DNA of 64,000 bases from Amphiscolops sp. MND2022 (Eukaryota): contig OZ076409.1 in assembly GCA_964187785.1 (NCBI GenBank), forward strand, positions 71,612,001 through 71,676,000. The letters run 5' to 3'. The position numbers and the translations under genes are program-made. Below the pieces are notes generated by a model. That model did not search any database, was not told where the DNA came from, and worked only from the letters and a program-made list of their open reading frames with translations. Below, piece after piece: positions 54,428-64,000 of this stretch. Numbering within the stretch: the stretch's first letter is position 1; every line of letters starts with the position of its first letter.

Positions 54428-56416
54428 GTGGGCGGGGGTAATTCCCCAACAAAAATTACGGCCGGCGGGTTGGGTCCTGCCGGACGTTCAAATAGCGCGA
54501 AGCATCTAGTAGAAAACAAGGAGTCCTGAAACAGCGATTTTAAAATTGAACCGTTAGAATTTGGTTTTAGATTGCATGCGGCCCTAAAATCCCCATACGA
54601 ATGGAAGTTCCTGCTGGCGTTAAGCAATTGAAATAATATATAAAAAGTTATGGCCCATTTTTGGGTCACCGAGAAGGTCAAAATGAAGAAAATTTTAACT
54701 AAGTTGCTGATAACTCAAAATGTGTTAATTTTTGGACTTTGACTGTGAAACAAGCTTGGAACCTTCATTTCGTGGCTGTGGCATTGCACTGAACACAAAA
54801 GATGTAAAGTTTTCACATTTTTTGAAAATTCGACATTTTTGAATTTTTTTTCACTACTATCAGTACACTATATGTCAAAAACACCTCTGAAAAATTTTTT
54901 TATTTGCTTAAATTTAGAAACCTCGGTATCCATGGTTTCCGTCAGTACCTACTCGCTGCCAAACACTCAACAGTTTGCATCCAATGTGAAAATAAAATTT
55001 TTTTCGAGGTCTTAGGTGTTTCACAAGGATTTCTCAACTTAGTATCAATTTACAAATTGGTCATTTTGAACACATTATTTTCATCGAAGCGTGTCATATA
55101 CCGCCCTAATGCTCACAAACGGGCCTACTGGCAACGTTGGAACCATTTATAGTAATAAAAAGTTTTAAAAAAATTTTTTCACCCCGTCTTCAGTCATTTT
55201 ACACACTTTCGGAACTTAACTTAGAAAAATTTCAACCAAAAACCCATTTTTTGTCAAGTCGAAAATTCAAATTCAGCTTTTTAAGCAAAATAAATAAATC
55301 TGACATAACCAGTGGGGCCCATGAAACTCAAAACCACGATTGAGACTGGTATCAATGGCTCCAATAACATATGAGTCGCGATAAGACGCTATTTTGAGCA
55401 AAACATCTCAATTGAGGTAAAGATCTCGCAAGCCAGCGATCACTGTGAAATGTGATTTCATCAAAAATTTACTCTTTTTTGTCAATCACTATGTGCACAG
55501 AATGCGTAGGGTGCGTTTCAGCACTATAATGAGGTTTTTGAAGGCATCGAGTTGCTCAAGGGGTGGTATGAGACATTTTTGTCCCATATACTACTGTAGT
55601 TTCCAAAATTTTTACCCCAAAATCTGGAAATACAAACTTGACAAAATACTTTCAACTACTTTATTCAAAGGTTACAATATAGATGAACACTGTGGTTGAT
55701 AAGAAACTTTCATCTCTTTCGTTTTCGGCAATATTTCCGTTCGCATGTGTTACATTCATAGCAGAAAAAAAAATCGAAACTGAAAAATACGCTATTTTGC
55801 TGATATAGAATCGCAATGATTGTGCCTAAAAACTCTTTAAACACTTCTAACGCAACCTTACGCACCCAAAATGATCGAAACTGCTTTTCACAATGGTGAC
55901 ATGTGCTCTTTCTACGATCCTGGCTGGACAAGGTTTGCATATTTTTCAAGTACCTGTCAGCTAAATCTTGTGATAGCCTTTTCAGTTGGCCTTGTGTCAA
56001 CTTGGGAAGGCTATCACATCAAAAAACCATCAACAAAAATAATTTTTGTTTATTGGATCTTACAGTCGATACTTTTTTTCGTGATTCTATACTACCGTTA
56101 GTATATTTCATCAGGTCACCTTACGATTGCATTCAGTCTTTGATAAAAACCTATGAACTCAAAGTCACATTTATATATTTTTTTGCCAGAAAATAACATC
56201 AAAAATATCTAAAATATATAAAATAGAGTCTTTAACATTTTTACGTTTCAAGTTTTTGCCGTTATTAGGCCAATCAACGTCCTAGAGCCACATCCTGCCA
56301 CATACTGTACAACGCCACATAGTGTTGCGACGTGCACAGTCTGTGGGCATGCCGAGGCATGCCCTTCGACGACGTATGCCGAATACCGCGGGCCTACGCC
56401 CGCGCTCCCCGGCTAG
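54428..56416 (+). mobile_element. Non-autonomous unit, family B (1989 bp)
   Basis: Near-identical to 31733-33720; CTAG at 56413-56416. Confidence 0.8.
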
Positions 56417-58602
56417 GTGGAGGTTATTATATATCAATTAAAGTGTTTTTTTCCGGAGTTTGTGGCTTTGGAAAAAACAAAAGGCGACAAATTGGGCACT
56501 CCAGGCTGAACCGTAAAGGCCGATTTTATACTGTAAAAAACGCCCATTCTAATTACGATCTCGAAACCCAGCCGTACGATTTGGCTGAAAATTTGCATGT
56601 GGCTCCTAATCAATAAGTAATGAAAAAGTGTAGGAGTGACTTTTCCTGAAAAAACTTTTTTTGTTGCACTTTTTGCGCAATTTTTGGCCGATTGTTGCGT
56701 TTTTTATGTCACTTTCGTCTTTTCAGGCAAAAAACTCAGGGATGCTTTGATCCTAGCGCATCAAGTGTTTCGACCAAAAAGTTGCAGCATGTTCTTTTAC
56801 GTATGCTGAGAAAATTTGGTTCCCATCGTATTACCCCCCACTGAGATAGAGGGGGACTTCCGGTGAATTTTAGCACCCTAAAAACGAGGACTTCCTAAAT
56901 TTCAGCATGAAGCGGTAGTTTTAGCGTGCTCATACCCTGCTGAAGTTTTGTTGGGCATATTGAGATAGTCATGATATCATGTGTTCAGTTCACCCCCCAT
57001 CACCCCCTGGACCGGAAATGAACTTTTTTGTGCACTATCATACCGGAAGTCTCCAATTTCACCGTTAGGCGGTCCTTGTACGAGCAACCACCAGGACATC
57101 AAAAGTGAAGTACCACCTGAGGTCAATGCAGTGACTACGTGTTGTCCAGTCATAGGTTCCGCTTTGACCGGAAATGGAGTCAAAACTCCCTTTTTTGTTG
57201 TTTTTTAACAATTTGACTAGTGTTTGTCCACTTTCAAGTCGCGTAAGTCAATTTAACCAGTGTGAGCATAAACTGTGTGTTCACTGCGTAGACGTAACTG
57301 ACTTTGACAGATACCGGAAGTAACCCCCCGTGACCGGAAGTTGTCATTTTTGACCGGAAATGGTCCAAAAACAGCGTAAAATCAAATTTCAGTGCTTTTT
57401 AAAGTTAACTTATTACTTTTTAAATCAGCGCGAGCTTGTATTCAGGTTCGTTTTTGTTACCAGTTTATTTTGCAACAAATATAAATCTGTAAAGTTTTCT
57501 CTATAATATCGTCGGATAGAGAAATAACGTGTTTTTGGGACTTGTTTCAAAAATATTAGACTCTATCTGTCATTTTTACCCAAAGTTATTCAACAGTACA
57601 ACCACAGTGGTTAGTCTCTGCCAAAATATATGCCTAGCAAAACTATTTGGCCCATTGGCCTCAGTTTGAGCTTTCCAGCTTTGCGTGGTCATAAGCTAAG
57701 GGACTTGAAAAATTTTCAAACTTTTTTAAAAAAAAATTTCTCACATTCATGTCTCCCAAATTAAAGAAACTTCCACACAACTACGATTGCAAGTGGATGC
57801 GTGTGGCAAGCCCTATAATTGAAGCGAAAAATGCCGCTTAGAACGTCTCTTTATCGTAACTTGACGTTAACGTATGGTGCTTTGAATGAGAGCTTGATAA
57901 GAGATCGAGAAGTCAAAGTGTGTAAATGGTACGTATGTCTCGTCGAAAACTCATCGGAAAACATGCAATGAACCCCCAATTGTCCTCAATTGCAGTTGCC
58001 TACTGCAACAACGTCTTTCAGGGACATTTTACCCATTTTTATAAGTGTCAAAATTATATTTAAATTCAGTTAGCATGAAACACTTGAGTACATTCTCATC
58101 TCTCCCCATCGGGTGAGATGAGAATGTTCTTGCTAAAAGCCAGATACTACGGCCCAATTTTGTTTTATTGCGACGTATTCTGTGCTTTAGCACATAGATA
58201 CTTTTATGTCGTCTCACTTTTTGTAAACACTCTGAGTTGTTGTTATAAATTTCTCGTCATTTCTTTACATGAACTTACAACCATAAAACGTTATCATCAA
58301 CGCCACATACATTTAGACGCCCACCATTCCGTAGGTATGTCGAGGCATACCTGTCGAGTACGTATGTCAAAACGCAAACGCGATAAAATGTGCTGAAATT
58401 CTGAAACAGTGAAACATTTTTGACTATTTGACATATGGTAGGTTTTTAAATGGAACTTACACATCACTGACATTCCACAACAAACCAGCTGACGCCCACA
58501 TACCAACATCAACGCCCACCGTCCGTGGGCATGCCGAGGCATGCCCTTCGACGACGTATGGCAATTCCCTTTATATCTACACCCAATTGCGGTAGCAGCT
58601 AG
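56417..58602 (+). mobile_element. Single-copy unit F (2186 bp) with a duplicated (relic plus intact) 3' block
   Basis: Starts GTGGAGG; GATCTCG..CCGTACGATTTGGCTGAAAATTTGCATG motif; ACCGGAA(A/G)T-rich body; degenerate terminal block at ~58298-58367 and intact block from ~58490 to CTAG at 58599-58602. Confidence 0.7.
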
Positions 58603-61600
58603 GTGGGCGGGGGTAATTCCCCAACAAAAAAATCGGCCGGCGGGTCGGGTCCTGCCGGCCGTCCAAAATCAAAATTATACTAGTAGAAAACGGCCGGTCA
58701 AACGAGCTATTTTTTTATTTAACCGTTAGAATTTGGGTTTAGATTGCATGCGGCCATGAAATGGCCATACGAATCGAAGTTCCTGCTGACGTTTTGCGAT
58801 TGAAACACTTTATAAAAAGTTATGGCCAATTTGTCATTCACCTAGAAGGGCAAAATGAGGAAAATTTTAACAAAGTCGCTGATAACTCAAAATGTAATAA
58901 TTTTTGGACTTTGACAGTGAAACAAGCTTGGACCTGTCATTTCGTGGCTGTGGCATTGCACTGAACACAAAAGATGTAAAGTTTTCACATTTTTTGAAAA
59001 TTCGACATTTTTGATTTATTTTTCACTACTATCAGTACACTATATGTCAAAAACGCCTCTGAAAAAAATTTTTATTTGCTTAAAATTAGAAACCTTGGTA
59101 TCCATGGTTTCCGTCAGTACCTACTCGCTGCCAAACGCTCAACAGTTTGCATCCAATGTGAAAATATATTTTTTTTCGAGGTCATAGGTGTTTCACAAGG
59201 ATTTCTCAACTTAGTATCTATTTACAAATTGGTCATTTTGAACACATTATTTTCATCGAAGCGTGTCAGATACCACCCTAATGCTCACGAATGGGCCTAC
59301 TGGCAACGTTGGAACCATTTTTAGTAATAGAAAGTATTAAAAAAATATTTTCACCCTGTCTTCAGTCATTTTTCAGACATTCGGTACTTAACTTAGAAAA
59401 ATTTCGCATCAAAAACCCATATTTGGTAGGGTCGAAATTTGAAATTCAGTTTTTTATGCAAAATTATTAACTCTGACGTAACCAGTGGAGCCCATGATAC
59501 TCAAAAACACGATTGGGACTGGTATCAGTGGCTCCAATAACATATGAGCCGCGATAAGACGTTATTCAGAGCAAACGCTCTAAATCGAAGTAAACATCTC
59601 TGAAGCCTGGGATCACAGTGAAATGTGATATCACCAAAAGTTTACTCTTTTTTGTCAATCACTATGTACACAGAGTGCGTAGGGTGAGTTTCAGGACTAT
59701 AATGAGGTTTTTGAAGTAATCGCGCTGCTCAAGGGGTGGTATGAGACTATTTTTCCCATATACTACTACATTTCCATAAATTTGCAGTCCATTGTCTTGG
59801 AAAGATAACTTCACAAAAACAATTTTTCTACTCTATTCAGTTATTAGAATAAAGTTGAACACTGTGGTTGATCAGAAATGCTCAATTCTTTTGGTTTTTA
59901 AAAAAATTCCTTCGCATTCGTTACATTTGTGGAAGGAAGGTTATCAGTAGCTCCAAAAAAAAAAACGAAATTTAGCACGAACAGACATGCAACGATGCAA
60001 AGCAAAAACGTTTTTACAACTTCCGACGTCATTATTTTACCCAAGAAGTTCGAAAATATCATTCGCAATGCTGTCATTCGCTATATATACGATCGCGGTC
60101 AATTTACAAACATTTAGATTTCATTGTTATGCTTGAAAACCAATTTTTGTCAGGTCGAAATTTTAAATTTTGCCTGGGGAGCAATACCCTTCACGCTGAA
60201 GTAAACAGTGGGGCCCAAGTTACTCAAAAACAAGAAAGAGACTGCTACAATATGTCCTAATAACATATGGACCACGATAGTACGTTTTTCACACAAAAAA
60301 CTCTCATCCGAAGTAAATATGTTGAAAGCTTTTAATCACCGTGAGAAGTGATTTCATCAGAAAATAACTCTTTTTTGTCAATCACTATTTACACAGAATT
60401 TGTAAAGTTAGTTTGAGTCATGAAATGAGGCTTTACCGTAATATGGGTTGCTCAAGGTGTTATATAAGACAAAAACTTCCTCTTTTCTACTAGCTTCTTC
60501 AAATATTTCAACCCTTTGTCACAATAAGTTAATATTCAAAATCTCTTTGAAATGTATCTTTATGTTGGGGTGAAGTCTAAGAACAAAAACTATGATCGAA
60601 GAATGCTAGTACTGGTGTTTGAACCATGTCCGGATGAACAAATCACAAAATCATCAAAAAATTGTTCCCTTTTTTGGTTATTTTGGCAGTACTAAAAATG
60701 TTAGCTGATAAATAATTTTTTCGATGGCACCATTGGATTCCTCTCAAAAAGTTGGTTATATGACCTGTGTAATAACCCCGTATCTTTTCAATTTAAATAT
60801 ATTTAAAAAGCCAACTATTTTGACCAAAATCCTAAAAATCATACCATTTCCTAAAAATTTTCAAATGCACCCCATTTGACGTATAAGATAAGCACAGAAA
60901 ACTATCATATACCGATCAACTCTACTCCTATTGTAGATTATTAGAATTTTGTTTAGAATGAATTTTGATGAATATTAAAAAAAATTTGAACCCTCCAAAA
61001 ATGGGCCAAAATTACACGAAAAAATTGACCTTAAAATACCAAAATGTCAAAAAATCATCAAAACCCAGGCTTCTTGGGGTTCTATCAACTCCGCGTGGTC
61101 CACAGAGTATGCTAAAACAGGTTTTACCCGTTTTTGAGCAATATGTGAAAAAGCCGACATTTTTGGGAAAGAAAAACATACCATTTCCTAAAAAAATTCA
61201 AATGCACGTCATTTGCCGTATTAGAATAGCACAGAAAACTATCACATACCAATCAACTCTACTTTCATTGCAGATGAACAGAATTTTGTTTAGAATAAAT
61301 TTTACCGGATAATAAAAAAAATTTGAATCCTTCAAAAATGGGCCAAAATTACACGAAAAATGGACCTTAAAAATTTAAAATGTCAAAAAATCATCAAAAC
61401 AACAGCTTCTTTGGGTTCTATCAACTCCACGAGGTCCACAGAGTATGCTAAAACAGGTTTTACCCGTTTTTGAGCAATATGTGAAAAAGCCGACATTTTT
61501 GGGAAAGAAAAACATACCATTTCCTAAAAAAATTCAAATGCACGCCATTTGCCGTATGAAAATAGCACAGAAAACTATCACATACCAATCAACTCTACTT

Positions 61601-63365
61601 TCATTGCAGATGAACAGAATTTTGTTTAGAATAAATTTTACCGGATAATAAAAAAATTTGATTCCTTCTAAAATGGGCCAAAATTACACGAAAAAATGGA
61701 CCTTAAAATTTTAAAATGTCAAAAAATCATCAAAACCACGGCTTCTTGGGGTTCTATCAACTCCACGTGGTCCACAGAGTATGCCTAACCCGGTTTTACC
61801 CATCTTTGAGCAAAATGTGAAAATACCGACATTTTTGGAAAAGAAAAACATGCCATTTTCTAATAAATTTCAAATGCACGCCATTTGCTGTATGAGAATA
61901 ACACAGAAAGCTGTCACATACCGATCAACTCTACTTCCATTGTAGATTATCAGAAGTTTGTTTAGAATAAATTTTGATGGATAATAAAAAAAATTGAATC
62001 CATCAAAAATGGGCCAAAATTACACGAAAAAATTGACCTTAAAATATCAAAATGTCAAAAAATCATCAAAACCACAGTTTCTTGGCGTTCTATCAACTCC
62101 ATATGATACCAAACCAGGTACCGCCAATCGTTTGAGTTATAATAAAAAAACGTCTTTTTTGGCAAGAATTCCATACCATAAATAATAATCATGTTCCATA
62201 TAAGAAGCGAATCATTTCAGATATATACCCTGTTCATTTTTTTAATATTACCGATTATTAATTTATTAGATGTTTTGAATGTGAGCTTCCTAAAAGGTTC
62301 AGGTGTGATGATACGTAAATAGAACCTTAGTTTCATCGAAATCTCAATTGAATATGTCCAATCTTAACCATCAGATAACAAGAAACACTTAAGTACATTC
62401 CATCTCCCCATCGGGGGAGATGAGAATGTACTTTCGAGAAGCCAAATACGTCCAACATTCAAACTTTTGTAACTTTGTATGTAACTCCTGAAACGAAGAA
62501 GGAATAAAATTGTTTCTGGTACATACATGAGTCTTTACTTCAGCTTCTATTTCTGCTGAACAAAACCATTCGACTCTTTTGCCGGAATTAGGATCAATTG
62601 TATTACCCAGTGAACAAAGGCATGACTGAAAACGCTTACTAATTTGTTCATAATTTTCCGGCCTTCCGAAATGATGAAACGTCCACATAACTAAGATAGC
62701 AAGTGAATGACTGCGAAATGCACCTTATTAGATGAGGTAAATAACGTGTAAGACTCTCCTTTATCCTAACATGAGGTTGAGTTATGATCATTTGAGAATA
62801 GTTTGATATGTGACTACAATAGTATAAAACAAGTACATTTTATATGAATAACGCCGTGGAAAGCGTTCAGAAAGGACAGTAGGCTTGTTTGGAACATGTA
62901 TGTGTGGTGTCCCTTGGTGGCGTTCGCTTAGTGTATATGTCGAGGGGTATTCGAGTTGTTATGATAGAATTTACAAACAAGTCTTTTGTTTTTTGGTTTT
63001 TTTAAAATGTCGTTAAGTACCTGCATTCTATCCCCTTCTCAGAGATGACGTGAAGTTACGTTTGCTAAATAAATGTCATCGAAAGATCACACTCCCGACG
63101 AAATTAACTATCTTAACACGTGTTTAGAATTTTAAATGAACAACCGTATAAGATTTTTATATTTCATTGAGTTTGATAAAGTCTTTTGTTCTTCTCACTA
63201 CTATTTCAACCAATACACATATCCGTTACCATATCACATGTCTCCATTAGTACAACGCCACATAGCGTTCCGACGCCCACAGTCTGTGGGCATTCCGAGG
63301 CATGCCCTTCGACGACGTATGGCAAATGGAGCCATGCCCGCCGTCTTTACGGCGGTAGCGGCTAG
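58603..63365 (+). mobile_element. Non-autonomous unit, family A2 (4763 bp)
   Basis: Near-identical to 22211-26970; CTAG at 63362-63365. Confidence 0.8.
60832..62185. repeat. ~336-bp tandem repeat inside A2
   Basis: Copy of 24440-25790; boundaries approximate. Confidence 0.85.
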
Positions 63366-64000
63366 GTGGGCGGGGAAATTTCACCCCGTTTGTATTCGGC
63401 CGACGGGTAGGGTCCTGGCGGCCGACGATCCGCCTTAAGCTAGCGGTATGTAGCAGAAATTGCAAAAAAAAGACCTAAAATTTAATCTAACCATTAGAAT
63501 TTGCTCAAAATTTGCATGCGGCCCTCAAATCCTAATGCAAGACGAAGTTCCTGCTGACGCTAAGCGTTCTATAAACTTTATAAAAAGTTATGGCCAATTT
63601 TTTGTTCAAAATTTCAACATTTTTGGGAAAATTCTAATTTTTCACTTAATATCTCAAAATGTAATAATTTTTGGACTTTGACTGTGAAACAAGCTTGGAA
63701 CCTTCATTTCGTGGCTGTGGCATTGCACTGAACACAAAAGATGTAAAGTTTTTACATTTTTCGAAAATTCGAGATTTTTGAAATTTTTTTCACTACTATC
63801 AGTACCTCATATGTCAAAAACACATCAGAAAAAAATTTTTATTTGCTTTAAATTGGAAACCTTGGTATCCATGGTTACTGTCGGAACCTACTCGCAGCCA
63901 AACACCCAACAGTTTGCATCCAATGTGAAAATAAAATTTTTTTTTGGGTCATAAGCGTTTCACATGGATTTTACAACTTAGTTTCAATTTACAAATTGGT
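63366..64000 (+). mobile_element. Partial unit G (new 5' variant of the A/B lineage; runs off the window)
   Basis: Starts GTGGGCGGGGAAATTTCACCCC; hairpin CGGCCGACGGG-TAGGGT-CCTGGCGGCCG; becomes A/B-like from ~63650. Confidence 0.7.

Noticed and set aside
3600..63365. CRISPR array or bacterial integron (palindromic repeat plus variable inserts)
   Set aside because: Inserts are 1-4.8 kb, non-coding and themselves repeated; the context is eukaryotic (spliceosomal introns); there is no cas or intI gene and no attC GTTRRRY core. The integron comparison is only an analogy.
3684..64000. Many short ORFs (60-190 aa) recurring in the ORF track
   Set aside because: They recur only because the DNA is repeated. 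They are F/K-rich translations of A/T tracts, are broken by homopolymer indels between near-identical copies, and have no recognisable domains.
3684..64000. rDNA/IGS, snRNA or tRNA tandem cluster, or simple satellite
   Set aside because: No recognisable rRNA, snRNA or tRNA sequence; units are heterogeneous families in aperiodic order.
3684..64000. Assembly artefact producing the tandem array
   Set aside because: Copies carry private substitutions and distinct subtypes, and junctions are base-precise, which argues against read duplication. Long-read confirmation is still advisable.

Overview
Eukaryotic DNA (AT-rich, short GT-AG introns). Almost the whole window is one same-orientation, gap-free, head-to-tail array of Helitron-like (rolling-circle) elements: 22 complete units plus two partial units cut by the window edges. 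They are joined by 23 junctions that all read CTRG|GTG(G/C), with no spacer and no target-site duplication. The units are not copies of one monomer. They belong to several families: A1/A2 (~4.76 kb), B, C and E (~1.99 kb), D (1.07 kb), F (2.19 kb) and a partial new variant G. Their order is aperiodic: U0-A1-B-B-A1-C-C-D-A2-A2-B-B-B-B-A1-B-C-C-E-C-B-F-A2-G. The families share a near-invariant 3' hairpin block (GGGCATGCC-GA-GGCATGCCC; absent only in D), a 5' double hairpin with compensatory changes, and the junction itself. The first, partial unit (1-3683) ends in the same 3' terminus but carries spliced genes: the C-terminal end of an SLX1-type GIY-YIG-like nuclease domain and a gene of at least 4 exons for a Cys-motif protein. 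It is the likely autonomous partner. My best reading (inference) is a site-specific, self-targeting rolling-circle transposon system that builds mixed 'cassette' arrays. The Rep/helicase ORF is not in the window, so the Helitron assignment rests on terminal structure.
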